Below, piece after piece: positions 39,342-49,509 of a DNA stretch of 64,000 bases. How positions within the stretch are numbered: position 1 is the first letter of the stretch; the number at the start of each line of letters is the position of its first letter. The translations under genes were made by a program, and so were the position numbers. The DNA is from Eubacteriales bacterium (lineage in GTDB: Bacteria > Bacillota > Clostridia > Oscillospirales > CAG-272), in contig JAZLCA010000019.1 of NCBI GenBank assembly GCA_045613985.1, positions 28,345 to 92,344 on the forward strand. The letters are read 5' to 3'. The notes under the pieces are model-generated. The model was not told the origin of the DNA. It saw nothing but the letters and a program-made list of their open reading frames with translations, and made no database searches.

Positions 39342-40798
39342 AAAAACAAGAATGGACAGCGGGGCTTGGTCACATCGATCCCGCCCTGCTCGAGCAATAC
39401 GAAAAGCAAAAAGAAGCACTGACACAAAAGAAAAAGAAACGGAATTTTTGGCTTCGCGCGGGAGCGGTAGCCGCCTGCTTTGCGCTGATTCTTGGCACGG
39501 TTCTCGTATTTCCTATGTTAAAGGGAGAGGGAACGGGGGAATTGAACCACACTCCCATTATCTTTGATGCCACGGTTTCTCCGGAAAAGCTAAGCGGTAG
39601 CAGTCTTGAATTCATCCATGGCTCTTCCTTGGCCGGTAACGGCGGAGCGAATGAGCCACCGGATTTTAAGTTCAGTAAAACAAACTTTGTTGCTAAAGTC
39701 AGGGTAGTCAATAACCGTCCTGACGTGTATTACAAGCTTGACGTTAGTTCGGAGCGTAAGCCACAGACCTACCGCTTGATACAACTGGAATGCATTGAGG
39801 TCTTACACGGAAATGTTCCGCAGTATTTTCTTTATCTGATCCCCGAGTCTCGTTACGTGGATATGTCAGTGTATGATTCCTTATTGATGTCCATGTGGCA
39901 GCTTGGTACTGAAAATTACGTACTAAAAAATGCCACGAAGAATCAAATGGAAGCTTTCGAATTACCGATATTCGCAGACCCTCAAGATCATCCTGAGTTA
40001 GGGAACGTGATTGCATTCAGCGATGGTATATTTGACGAAAGTCTATGGCAGACGGAATCCTGGCTATATGGATATCAATTTGGAAGATTTTATCTTGAGA
40101 ACCCGGATCGGGGGGATCTTTGCGTAAGGCGCGGCGGTTCAGAAGAGGAAACCATTAAAAATATCAAAAGCAGCATTCAGGAATGGAAAGAATGGAGAGG
40201 CGAGCACTACGCAGCCCCGACGCTTGTAACTTTGGAATTTATCTCACAACAAGCCAAGGATGCCATCGAATACGTTTCACCCTTTGAAAACGGTGTCTTT
40301 TCACAGTATTTAATCATTTATAACAACACCCTTACTTTCCGCCGCTATATCAACGGATGCCAAACGGAAGAAACCATAACGATCAACCTTGAGACAGAAG
40401 AGGTCGTTTATTCTGACGTTCGCTATACCGAAGAGGACATGGCAAGCTTGGAGAACATCTCCATGTATCTTTCCGATATGGCAAAGGAATATGCTACGAA
40501 TCCCCCAACGCCCCCCCATACCAACCCCAAGGGCAAGACACTGTTATGTTTGAATCTTTACGCATGGTACGCCAAGGTAGATGGAAAGCTGTACGGAGTA
40601 ATCAAGACCGCTTGGAGATATCGAGATCGAGATGACAATGAGCGTTATTATGAGTACTACGATGATTCTTACGTCTTGTACGATATGCAAAACTCAATCG
40701 CAAGAAATATTTCAAGAGATGAGTTATCAACAATCGTTGGCGGTCGAAACGTATATAAAGGAGAATACGGAACAAAAATTTCGGTCCCTCTTGAATAA
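39338..40798 (+). CDS. Putative single-pass anti-sigma factor with a large extracytoplasmic domain
   Basis: ATGA overlap with the sigma gene; short 'LGHIDPALLE' N-terminus, basic stretch and one TM helix; paralog of 57488-58960. Confidence 0.72.
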   Translation: MKKQEWTAGLGHIDPALLEQYEKQKEALTQKKKKRNFWLRAGAVAACFALILGTVLVFPMLKGEGTGELNHTPIIFDATVSPEKLSGSSLEFIHGSSLAGNGGANEPPDFKFSKTNFVAKVRVVNNRPDVYYKLDVSSERKPQTYRLIQLECIEVLHGNVPQYFLYLIPESRYVDMSVYDSLLMSMWQLGTENYVLKNATKNQMEAFELPIFADPQDHPELGNVIAFSDGIFDESLWQTESWLYGYQFGRFYLENPDRGDLCVRRGGSEEETIKNIKSSIQEWKEWRGEHYAAPTLVTLEFISQQAKDAIEYVSPFENGVFSQYLIIYNNTLTFRRYINGCQTEETITINLETEEVVYSDVRYTEEDMASLENISMYLSDMAKEYATNPPTPPHTNPKGKTLLCLNLYAWYAKVDGKLYGVIKTAWRYRDRDDNERYYEYYDDSYVLYDMQNSIARNISRDELSTIVGGRNVYKGEYGTKISVPLE

Positions 40799-40803
40799 AA
40801 AAC

Positions 40804-40828
40804 AGGCGAGCGCCGATAGCGCTCGCCT
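40804..40828. terminator. Bidirectional intrinsic terminator
   Basis: aggcgagcgc-cgata-gcgctcgcct hairpin between convergent genes. Confidence 0.8.
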
Positions 40829-40845
40829 TTCTCTATGTTATTGCC

Positions 40846-41604
40846 TCATCCATCCGTCATCCAATACCACAGCACCGCCACACATTCACGCAGACAGCTG
40901 GGCACGACTAAGTACCACACGGTATCGCTGTGCGCGTGCTGAATATTTTCAAATCCTGCGTTCCGAGCAATTTGTCCCGCTCGGAAAATATGAAAATCGT
41001 TGGTAACGTATACAACCGAATATCTATCACCAAACCGCTCGTCGAGCAATGCCTTGGAAAAGGCAAAATTTTCCGCGGTGCTCGTCGATTGATCTTCTTT
41101 TATAATGCTCTCTTGTGGGATACCATGCTCGATCAGATAGCGCTCCATGGCCAAGGCTTCGCTGATATCCTCCTGCGGCCCTTGACCGCCGCTGACAACG
41201 ATAAGAACGTCCGAATTTTGTTCATAGTAATCAATCGCGGCGTTAAGACGATCCCGCAGCGTAAGGCTCACACGCTCGCCATGGATACCCGCGCCAAGCA
41301 CAATAATCGCATCCTCGTCGTGATTGACCGTATCAACGCGCCCAAGGACAAGGAGTGACGCGGCACACAGCATCACAAAAAACAGTGCGCACACAGAGGC
41401 AATCCACAGCCATCGTGGAAAACGTCGAAGGATGAAAGAGAGGAAAATGCCACAGAAAAACAGCGCGCCGCCAAGGAGAAAGGTCAACACGATTCCAAGA
41501 TTGAAGTTGGATGCCATCGATACGGCAAGCGCGTTCAAAAAAATCAACGTACCCAATATCATCAAAGTGTATTTGGCAATCCAAAACAAAATTTTCCGCT
41601 TCAT
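40846..41604 (-). CDS. YdcF/ElyC (DUF218) family membrane protein
   Basis: IIVLGAG, VSGGQG..E..SEA.AM, EDQSTSTAEN, VTNDFH and RE motifs. Confidence 0.9.
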   Translation of the reverse strand: MKRKILFWIAKYTLMILGTLIFLNALAVSMASNFNLGIVLTFLLGGALFFCGIFLSFILRRFPRWLWIASVCALFFVMLCAASLLVLGRVDTVNHDEDAIIVLGAGIHGERVSLTLRDRLNAAIDYYEQNSDVLIVVSGGQGPQEDISEALAMERYLIEHGIPQESIIKEDQSTSTAENFAFSKALLDERFGDRYSVVYVTNDFHIFRAGQIARNAGFENIQHAHSDTVWYLVVPSCLRECVAVLWYWMTDG

Positions 41605-41725
41605 TCTGCCCTCCGCCGTCTAATGATTTCATCTGTAAAAAAATTATAGCATATGAGCGGCAAATTTTCAATAGCATTTTTCCAAACATTGTTTTGGTCA
41701 AATGTGCCAAATTTCACCTCTCTTA

Positions 41726-41754
41726 TTGACTGTTTAACTGTTTTTCTGTATAAT
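41726..41754 (+). promoter_or_regulatory. sigmaA promoter of the 1300-aa lipoprotein
   Basis: TTGACT-17 bp-TATAAT. Confidence 0.7.
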
Positions 41755-41791
41755 ATAGATATCACTCACAAAAGCAAAGGAGAACCGATAT

Positions 41792-44700
41792 ATGAAATCA
41801 TGCAAGCTCCTGATCCGCGTTCTTTCCGCGTTATTATTGACCGCGTTTTTGCTTCCTCTTTTGGTTGGATGCAAAACACCGGATACTCCCGAACCGCCCT
41901 CGGACGATCCCGGAAACACACCGGATGATCCTCCCGTTCAAGAGGAGGAACTGCTTCAATTCATTCAAAACGGTGTGGTCACTCACACAGTCGTTCGTCC
42001 GGAAGCAGCCGAAAACGATCTAAAAAAGGCGGCCGTCCGCGTCTGTTCTGCCATCAAGGAAAAAACGGGCGTAAAAACGGTTTCGATCAGCGATGACTAC
42101 GTTCCCCGCGGCGAATCCGCACCGACGGATACGGCCGAGATTCTGGTCGGCCTAACCAACCGTGAGGAAAGTATCGCCGCACACGCTCAATTGGCGGAAA
42201 ACGAATACGTCATTGCTATTTTGAACAATCGCCTCGTCATCGTCGGCTACGATGACAATGCTACCATAGCGGCAGTGGATTATTTTGTGACCAATATTCT
42301 GGAAGCCTGCGGCAAAGAGGGCTCTCTTGCCCTGGAGGCCGATCTCGCCTTGAAAAACACTTACACTCCACAATCCCCCGATGGGCCCAAGCCTCCCATC
42401 CATTCCGATCCTGAGACTTACCCGGAGCAAAACAAGCCGACGGTCTCGCCTGCTGAATATATCAAGCCCAGCTACACCATCAAAGACGGTATGTATGTCC
42501 AGCAATATCGCGGCTTTGAGCTTGAAGGTGTGCGGACCACCTTCCAGGCCAGCCGCATTTACGCAGATATCTACAATATTCACACCGATTCGGTCATGGT
42601 GTACTCTTCTGCCGATGATAATTTCAAGAGTTGGTATCATGCGGGCGATTACGTCATCGATATGATGATCGCCATCAACCGTGCCGGCAAGGATTATTTG
42701 AATCTTGACAAAGATAATTACGACGATATCCAAATGGACGCTTCCGGCAATTATATCGTTCACACCGCCGATACTCAGTGGTATATGGTCCCCAGCGAAA
42801 GCTGGATCGAGTTCGCCTGGAGCAATCTGCTCGAGCCCGTCATTGAGAAATACCATCCTCAGTCCATCGCGCTGGAAGAGCCCGAAATGTGGATCCGATC
42901 GGGATACTCTGAGGCATTCAAACGGGAATGGGAAGATTACTACGGGGAGGAATGGCAAGCCCCCAACTCCTCTGCCGAAGCCAATCTCAAGGCTAATCTG
43001 CTCAAAACTTATCTATTTGAGCGCATACTGATCGAATTGTCTTCGCGCGTCAAGGAGCTCTCTCCCGGCACCCAGGTATACATCGCCAGCCACAGCACCG
43101 TCAACTATACCGCGTGGTCCATCACCGCGGGATTGAACACTTATCTGGCAACCGGTGCTATTGACGGCGTCATTGGACAGACCTGGGCTGACACCCACAA
43201 TTCGGCTTTTGCTTACAACGGCACAAACGTCAGAGACAACTTTACTAACGCATACATTGAGTACTGTTCCTACGTTGACAGCGTAGAAGGAACCAACTTC
43301 TATGCGCTGGCCGACCCCATGGCCGACGGCAAAAATTACAAAGAAGCAGATCTTCAGTATATTTACCGTCAGTCCATTGCGGCGCAGCTTATGCAGCCCG
43401 AGATCAACCGTTTCCAGGTTCTTCCCTGGGTTTCCCGCGCCTATGCCAACGTCTCACCGGATTACCGCACAGTACAGGCTCAGATCTTTGAAATGCTCAA
43501 CGATATCGGCGGACAAAAGATCAACATGAGTGCAGGAACGCCCGGCATCGCCTATCTTGCCTCCGATTCCCTGTCCTGGATGAACTCCGGCAATGGTTGG
43601 GCATTGAGCACGGCCAACGGGATGTACGGCATTTGCGCGCCCCTTGTCCGTGCCGGTGTTCCCGTCAAGATGAAGGCCATGGAGCAGATCTATACCGCCA
43701 AGGATCTGGAAGGTGTTAATCTTCTCATCGTAAGCTTCGACACCTCCGTTCCCCTCTCCGAAGAGGTCAATATAGCCATTGCAGACTGGGTAAAGGCGGG
43801 CGGCACGATGCTTTACGTCGGCGGCCACAATCAATACTGGAACATTGACGATCATTTCTTCTGGGCCAAGGATAAAACCCCTCTGGACAATCTATTCAAG
43901 CATCTTGGTCTTGATATTAAAATCAATACGAGCCCCGCATCCGTAACTGCACCTCTAAGCTCCAACGATCTTGCGCTCAAGAACAGCATCGGAGGCCTTC
44001 GTCTTCCTGCCACCTATTCCAACTATACCGTATCCTTTGAAGGCGCGGAATATCCCATTCTGAGCAGCGGCAACACGGTGCTCGGCTTTGATCAGCAAGT
44101 CGGCAGCGGATACGTCGTCGTTGTCGGTATTCCCTCCGCGGCCTTGTCCGGCTTCGAGGGCGGCTCCTCCTTGATGCGCGCACTGACCGATTATACCTGC
44201 TCTTACCTTGAAGACGGATACCTTGTGACATCGCCGATCATGGTCACCGAGCGCGGCAATTATACCATTGCTCATGCATTTGAAAGCGGAAAATCTCTCA
44301 AGGGCAGCTACATCGATCTGTTTGACAGCAACCTGACCATTCTGGACAATCCTACCATCCCCAAGGACGACAGCCTGATCCTTTACAACATTGCAAATAT
44401 CGACCGCTCCATTCCTCGTCTGGGCTATACCTCCGGACAGGTGCTGGAACTGGACGAAAAGACGGATAGCACCGTTATTCGTTTGACGAGTGCCGCCAAT
44501 ACCAATTTGTCTGTTCGCCTGCTCGCCCCCAACAATTGCTATCCCGCTTCTCTTGAAATCACGGACGAAAACGGCAAGACTTATCCCGTTCTCGGCTATT
44601 TTTGGGATGCCAAGCACAATTCCTGCTTGATCAAAATGGACGGCAATAAAAATTCCGTCACCCTGAAGGTTACTTGGGGAAAGAAACAAATCGATCTCGG

Positions 44701-45694
44701 CGTATCCTCCAAGGTGTTTGTGGAAGAAATTTACAAAACCAACCAGAACGATAACGAGGATGTGGATTTCATCGAGCCCGAGTCTACGGCGTCTGCCAAC
44801 CACGGCGTACGCTTCTGTGACGGTGCTCTCCAACTGATCTACAAGTTTGATCTGTTTGAATACGATACTCCCTTGTTCCGCTTCAACATCAGCCAAAACT
44901 ACATTTTGGAAATTTCGTCCGACAAAAAGCAATGGACCATCATCGCAGATTATTCGCAAGGCGGAACTCGCGATCGCGTGGTCAACGGTGCCAATGCAGA
45001 AACGTTCAGCATTGATCCTTCAGACTACGGTCTTGACGATGTGATGTACGTCCGTCTGCGCAATACGGATACCGTCAGCGGATTCGGCGGTGCCATTTCC
45101 TCCTTCAGCATCCGCCACCTGATCGATGCCGAGGATAGTACTACGACAAACGCTCCCGCCAACCGTTTGGAAGGTATCAACAACACCTCCGATATCAAGG
45201 ATAGTATCAAAATTTCCGAAGCAGATGAAGAAAGCAAATACATCGTCTCTACCAATCAGGCAACGGGCATTGCTACCTACCGTCGCAACGTTAAGACCAA
45301 CAGCCATGGCGAAGATGCATCCTTCATTTATTTCAATACCGCTGGAGCATCTGAAACGGTGCGCTTCTGCGACGGCGACCGTCAGCTGATCTATCTGTTT
45401 GACGTTTCAACCATGCTGACGGCAGAGTTTGAATTCAACTTATTCCAGAACTACATTTTAGAAGTCAGCACTGACGGTAAAAAATGGGCCATGGTTGCCG
45501 ACTATTCCAAGGGCGGAACGGTTCCCCACATCACCACGGGTCAGAACAAAACCAACATTCGCATCAATCCTTTCGATTACGGCTGCGAGGAGACGGGCAC
45601 TTGTTACGTCCGACTCCGCAACTCTGACACTTCCAAAGGGTGGGGTGGTTCCATTATTCAGTTCACACTTGATTACACCAGAAAAATCAAGTAA
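41792..45694 (+). CDS. Large multidomain lipoprotein, putative glycoside hydrolase (TIM barrel plus GATase-like domain) with two C-terminal repeated modules
   Basis: Lipobox LVGC (Cys27); Pro-rich linkers; 'EILVGLTNREES' hexosaminidase-N-like domain; 'IALEEPE...YSEAFKREW'; 'IADWVKAGGTMLYVG' trimerisation-like segment; two RFCDG modules. Confidence 0.62.
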   Translation: MKSCKLLIRVLSALLLTAFLLPLLVGCKTPDTPEPPSDDPGNTPDDPPVQEEELLQFIQNGVVTHTVVRPEAAENDLKKAAVRVCSAIKEKTGVKTVSISDDYVPRGESAPTDTAEILVGLTNREESIAAHAQLAENEYVIAILNNRLVIVGYDDNATIAAVDYFVTNILEACGKEGSLALEADLALKNTYTPQSPDGPKPPIHSDPETYPEQNKPTVSPAEYIKPSYTIKDGMYVQQYRGFELEGVRTTFQASRIYADIYNIHTDSVMVYSSADDNFKSWYHAGDYVIDMMIAINRAGKDYLNLDKDNYDDIQMDASGNYIVHTADTQWYMVPSESWIEFAWSNLLEPVIEKYHPQSIALEEPEMWIRSGYSEAFKREWEDYYGEEWQAPNSSAEANLKANLLKTYLFERILIELSSRVKELSPGTQVYIASHSTVNYTAWSITAGLNTYLATGAIDGVIGQTWADTHNSAFAYNGTNVRDNFTNAYIEYCSYVDSVEGTNFYALADPMADGKNYKEADLQYIYRQSIAAQLMQPEINRFQVLPWVSRAYANVSPDYRTVQAQIFEMLNDIGGQKINMSAGTPGIAYLASDSLSWMNSGNGWALSTANGMYGICAPLVRAGVPVKMKAMEQIYTAKDLEGVNLLIVSFDTSVPLSEEVNIAIADWVKAGGTMLYVGGHNQYWNIDDHFFWAKDKTPLDNLFKHLGLDIKINTSPASVTAPLSSNDLALKNSIGGLRLPATYSNYTVSFEGAEYPILSSGNTVLGFDQQVGSGYVVVVGIPSAALSGFEGGSSLMRALTDYTCSYLEDGYLVTSPIMVTERGNYTIAHAFESGKSLKGSYIDLFDSNLTILDNPTIPKDDSLILYNIANIDRSIPRLGYTSGQVLELDEKTDSTVIRLTSAANTNLSVRLLAPNNCYPASLEITDENGKTYPVLGYFWDAKHNSCLIKMDGNKNSVTLKVTWGKKQIDLGVSSKVFVEEIYKTNQNDNEDVDFIEPESTASANHGVRFCDGALQLIYKFDLFEYDTPLFRFNISQNYILEISSDKKQWTIIADYSQGGTRDRVVNGANAETFSIDPSDYGLDDVMYVRLRNTDTVSGFGGAISSFSIRHLIDAEDSTTTNAPANRLEGINNTSDIKDSIKISEADEESKYIVSTNQATGIATYRRNVKTNSHGEDASFIYFNTAGASETVRFCDGDRQLIYLFDVSTMLTAEFEFNLFQNYILEVSTDGKKWAMVADYSKGGTVPHITTGQNKTNIRINPFDYGCEETGTCYVRLRNSDTSKGWGGSIIQFTLDYTRKIK

Positions 45695-45760
45695 GATACT
45701 CCATCCGTTTTTGAACAAGACGCTCCACGGCATCTATATTCATCATCACCTTTGATACAA

Positions 45761-45797
45761 AAACACGGGAGAGCCCTCATCGGTCTCTCCCGTGTTT
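45761..45797. terminator. Bidirectional intrinsic terminator
   Basis: aaacacgggagag / ctctcccgtgttt inverted repeat between convergent genes. Confidence 0.8.
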
Positions 45798-45798
45798 G

Positions 45799-46701
45799 TT
45801 ATATCTGTTCTTTAAATGCCGCTTTGATAGCCGCGGTGTTATCTTCCGAGTATTCGATCTCCTCGGAAAGAATGCGGGCAAGCTCTGCAGCATCCGTGTT
45901 TTTATTTGCGATCATCATGCAAGCCATGAGGCGCTCGCAGAACAAGCAAAATCCCAGTGCGGCACGGTAGTCGATCTCGTCCTCTGCCTCGGTACAATGG
46001 CGGTAAATGAAATAGGCAAGCGCCCGCTCTAAGGTCTTTTCTTTTCCCATCGGTGTGATCAAATCTGAAGTATAGACCTCAAACAGCTTGCGGTGACTCT
46101 CGTCCAGATATTCGAGCGAGTCCAGCAAAGAGCGCCAAGCCTCATCCGATAGGAGCGACGGTGCCACAGCACCAGCCGCGTAGATATTCTCCAAGCGTTG
46201 CTCGTAGAGGAGATTTTGATCGCCAAGCATAGCATATAAAGCCGCGCGGATTGGGGTAGTATCCCATTCCCTATCGGGCTCTCCTGCAACCTCACCTATC
46301 TCGATCACATCATCATAATCATCCGACGTAAGGATCAGGCGGCAAGCCTCTTCGCAAGCCATACCCAGCCCAACCTCGCGGCCATTGGGCGTATCATTAT
46401 AAAAGCGGGGGTGCTCACGGCAGATGTCACACAGGTAGTCCTCCCCACAGGACAGGATGATGCGGCAAAGCCCTCGGTCGTTCAAATGAGGACACCGCTC
46501 GCCTGTCGCTAGACGAAAATGAGGCGTGTCGGTTGTTTCAATGCTGTCCCTGATGGTATTGGCATACGGGCCTGTCAGCGCCGCATATCTTTGCAGGGTG
46601 TTTTCGTCCACGTCAATCTCCCAGCCGATGCAACAGCTGTGGCGGCAACAGTCGGCGATGCAGCGAAATTCTCTATAATATTTTGGGGCATATAGTTTCA
46701 T
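45799..46701 (-). CDS. Flagellin lysine-N-methylase (FliB)-like Cys-cluster protein
   Basis: P.YY..F.CIA..C..SCC.GW.I.VD, CP.L...GLC.I, C..HPR and G..CEEA motifs; start at MKLYAP after GAGGT. Confidence 0.8.
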   Translation of the reverse strand: MKLYAPKYYREFRCIADCCRHSCCIGWEIDVDENTLQRYAALTGPYANTIRDSIETTDTPHFRLATGERCPHLNDRGLCRIILSCGEDYLCDICREHPRFYNDTPNGREVGLGMACEEACRLILTSDDYDDVIEIGEVAGEPDREWDTTPIRAALYAMLGDQNLLYEQRLENIYAAGAVAPSLLSDEAWRSLLDSLEYLDESHRKLFEVYTSDLITPMGKEKTLERALAYFIYRHCTEAEDEIDYRAALGFCLFCERLMACMMIANKNTDAAELARILSEEIEYSEDNTAAIKAAFKEQI

Positions 46702-46712
46702 GAACACCTCTG

Positions 46713-47480
46713 TTAAAATGCGCCGCACTCAATGCGGCAACGCTGATACATAGGATGCATCTGCACTTGGTCGTCAAATTGCCAGCCGATGCAGTGTCCA
46801 TCCTCGGAGAACAGCATTTGGGTACGATGCGGTTCGCGCAAAAGTCCCTCTTCAATGCTGGTAAGATTGCCAAGGCCGAAGGACAAGCCCATATCCACAT
46901 AAACAAAGCGCAACAGGCAATCAATCTCGTGACGGTACTCGACCGTGGCAGGACGCAGATAGATCACCTCTGAGGGGCGATAATAGGCCGTATAGAACTC
47001 ACGGAAGGTGGCGGGGCTGTTGCCATTGGGGCGGTACAAAGGTCCGTATTCCCGTCCTTCGATGGCAGGTCGGAAGCCAAAGCGACCGTATAAATCGGTG
47101 ATATCTTTACTTCCCGTCGTGCACAAAAAGCACAGCGGCGGTTCGGTCACGTTCTGAAAATCATCGTACCACAGCTTGAGCAAACCTCCGCCATAGCCCC
47201 GTCCGCGGGATTCCTCACGGGTAAAAAAGTTGCCCCAGTTACCGATGGCATCCTTGTGCTTGCCCCATCCCATCCAAAGACGGGAATGCGCCTTGCCGTT
47301 TTCATGCGCAACGTAATAAGTATCGTTGCACTGCCCCGCCACGTCTCCACGGACGCGGCAGGCCATCATACTGGCATAGGAATGACCGTCTTTGATGCCG
47401 CCGACCATGTCAGATATGGCTTCGTACGCGGCATTTTTTTCTTGCCCTGGGATATATTTTTCAAACTTCATGCGATACAC
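46713..47480 (-). CDS. GNAT-family N-acetyltransferase
   Basis: FFTREESRGRGYGGGLL acetyl-CoA motif and LYGRFGF. Confidence 0.7.
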   Translation of the reverse strand: MYRMKFEKYIPGQEKNAAYEAISDMVGGIKDGHSYASMMACRVRGDVAGQCNDTYYVAHENGKAHSRLWMGWGKHKDAIGNWGNFFTREESRGRGYGGGLLKLWYDDFQNVTEPPLCFLCTTGSKDITDLYGRFGFRPAIEGREYGPLYRPNGNSPATFREFYTAYYRPSEVIYLRPATVEYRHEIDCLLRFVYVDMGLSFGLGNLTSIEEGLLREPHRTQMLFSEDGHCIGWQFDDQVQMHPMYQRCRIECGAF

Positions 47481-47488
47481 CGCCTTTT

Positions 47489-48925
47489 TTATTGATTCAA
47501 GCCTCGCGCATAAGCGAGCGTTTGCTTTAACGCGGTTGCCTTATCGACTCCTGCAAGTCGCAGCTTGTGCGCATACTGTAAAATCTCAGTAAAATGTGCA
47601 TTGGGTTGTAGTCCCGCCTCGATCAGATCACGCCCCATGACATAGGGCTGCTCCATCGTTTTTTGATAGATCTCCAGGCGCTGTTGTAAAAAGTTGTTAT
47701 AATCGGTAGTCTCTCCATCAAACAGCCGACCGAGGTGATCAGCCTTGGCAAAGAGAAGAAGATCCCCGGGAGACATAGCAAGATCAAACATTTTGTTCGT
47801 TGCCTTGACAGAGGAAATCTGTGCCGCCAGCGTATTGGGCCTCATATGGTGTTCGACCATATTCAGCACGTATTGCGTTACCTTGTTTTCGCTCGTAATG
47901 CGGTGCAAAAACGCTTTGACAAGAGGAAGTCCCTTAGTCTCATGATGGTAGGAGCATATTTTTCCATCTCGCCACTCGGTGCAAATAGCCTTTCCAAAAT
48001 CGTGCGTCAAGGCAGTCAGCATGAAAGCAACTGGATATTGAGTCCGCTCTCTGAGCGTAGCGGCTGCATCCAACACCATCATGGTGTGATTCCACACGTC
48101 GCCCTCCGCGTGATATTTCGGATTTTGCTCGATGCCGATCAGTGACTCCAGTTCGGAAAACCATTCGGACAGTTGATCCATCGCTCGCAAAGTCTCGAAA
48201 AACACGGACGGTTTCTCTGCCTTCAACAAAGCTTTTTTCATCTCGCCTTCCACTCGCTCACGGGAAAGATCCTTCAAGGAGATGCCTTTGCAAAGAGCCA
48301 CGGTTTCCTCGGCCACGACGAAGTCAAATCTCGCCGCAAATTGAGCCGCTCGTAACACGCGAAGAGCATCCTCCGGGAAGGATTCGCCGCTGACGTGACG
48401 CAAAATTTTGCTCTGTAGATCTTGTATACCGCCAAAATGATCGACAATTTCCTCCGTCAGAACGTCCATCATCAGGGCGTTGACCGTAAAATCCCGCCGC
48501 ATTGCCGCTTTTTCTGTGCCAATAAACGGATCGACAAACATTTCAAAGTCGCGGTGGCCTCGCCCCCGTAACTTTTCTTTTCTCGGCATTGCAATGTCCA
48601 GCGTATAACCCTTGAGCCCGAAAATGCCAAAGCTCTCGCCCATCGAAAGACGCTGGCCGAGGGCATCCAAAATCTCCGTCAATTCTCCGAGCGTGATGCC
48701 GTGAACTTCAATATCGATATCTTTGTTTTCGATTCCAAGTAGCTTGTCGCGCACGTATCCGCCAACGTAATAGACCGTTCCGCCCTTTTGCTTGACAGCA
48801 AGGGCGATTTTTTTTGCCATACGCACGTCATCTCCGCAGAGCGTCTCGCGATCCGGCAAAGCTTGCTCGTCACGTCTTATATATTCAGTTGAAGTTGGGT
48901 TTTCAATGACAAAATCAGACATCAT
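47489..48925 (-). CDS. cca: CCA tRNA nucleotidyltransferase with an HD domain
   Basis: VGGYVRD, DIDIE, RRDFTVNAL, EDALRVLRAAQF, H.EGDVW.HT and HDFGK motifs. Confidence 0.88.
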   Translation of the reverse strand: MMSDFVIENPTSTEYIRRDEQALPDRETLCGDDVRMAKKIALAVKQKGGTVYYVGGYVRDKLLGIENKDIDIEVHGITLGELTEILDALGQRLSMGESFGIFGLKGYTLDIAMPRKEKLRGRGHRDFEMFVDPFIGTEKAAMRRDFTVNALMMDVLTEEIVDHFGGIQDLQSKILRHVSGESFPEDALRVLRAAQFAARFDFVVAEETVALCKGISLKDLSRERVEGEMKKALLKAEKPSVFFETLRAMDQLSEWFSELESLIGIEQNPKYHAEGDVWNHTMMVLDAAATLRERTQYPVAFMLTALTHDFGKAICTEWRDGKICSYHHETKGLPLVKAFLHRITSENKVTQYVLNMVEHHMRPNTLAAQISSVKATNKMFDLAMSPGDLLLFAKADHLGRLFDGETTDYNNFLQQRLEIYQKTMEQPYVMGRDLIEAGLQPNAHFTEILQYAHKLRLAGVDKATALKQTLAYARGLNQ

Positions 48926-48949
48926 GACCTCAAGTTCAAGTATATTGGT

Positions 48950-49402
48950 TTATATATTTGCCAGTATTTCCGCCGCGTTGGTATCGGGCTTGACACGGGG
49001 CATGACCGCCTCGATCGTTCCCTCTTCGTTAATAATAAACGTCGTACGGACAACACCGAAGCTGACCTTTCCGTACAGCTTTTTCTCTTGCCATACGCCG
49101 TACGCTTTGATGACATCCAACTCGGGATCGGACAGAAGGATAAACGGAAGTCCGTATTTTTCAGCAAATTTTGCGTGGGAGGACACGCTATCGCGGCTGA
49201 TACCGATGACCTCAATGTTCTTTTTTTGAAATTCCCCGTAAAGTCCCGCAAACGCACAGGCTTGTCTGGTACAACCGGGAGTATTGTCCTTCGGGTAAAA
49301 ATAAAGTACAACCTTTTTGCCCCTGAAATCTGAAATACTTACTAAATTGCCATCTTTGTCGGGAAGCGAAAAATCCGGAGCGCGATCACCGATTTTTAAC
49401 AT
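48950..49402 (-). CDS. bcp: Thioredoxin-dependent thiol peroxidase (BCP)
   Basis: [17 protein letters not shown] motif. Confidence 0.95.
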   Translation of the reverse strand: MLKIGDRAPDFSLPDKDGNLVSISDFRGKKVVLYFYPKDNTPGCTRQACAFAGLYGEFQKKNIEVIGISRDSVSSHAKFAEKYGLPFILLSDPELDVIKAYGVWQEKKLYGKVSFGVVRTTFIINEEGTIEAVMPRVKPDTNAAEILANI

Positions 49403-49509
49403 TGCTTTTTCTCCTTATTTATGCTTTTGGAAGATTTTCGAAAAAACCTTCCCGAAGGTTATCCGAGAAGGTTTTTGTAAAATGAATCGGCGGTTCGATG
49501 TCCGCACCT

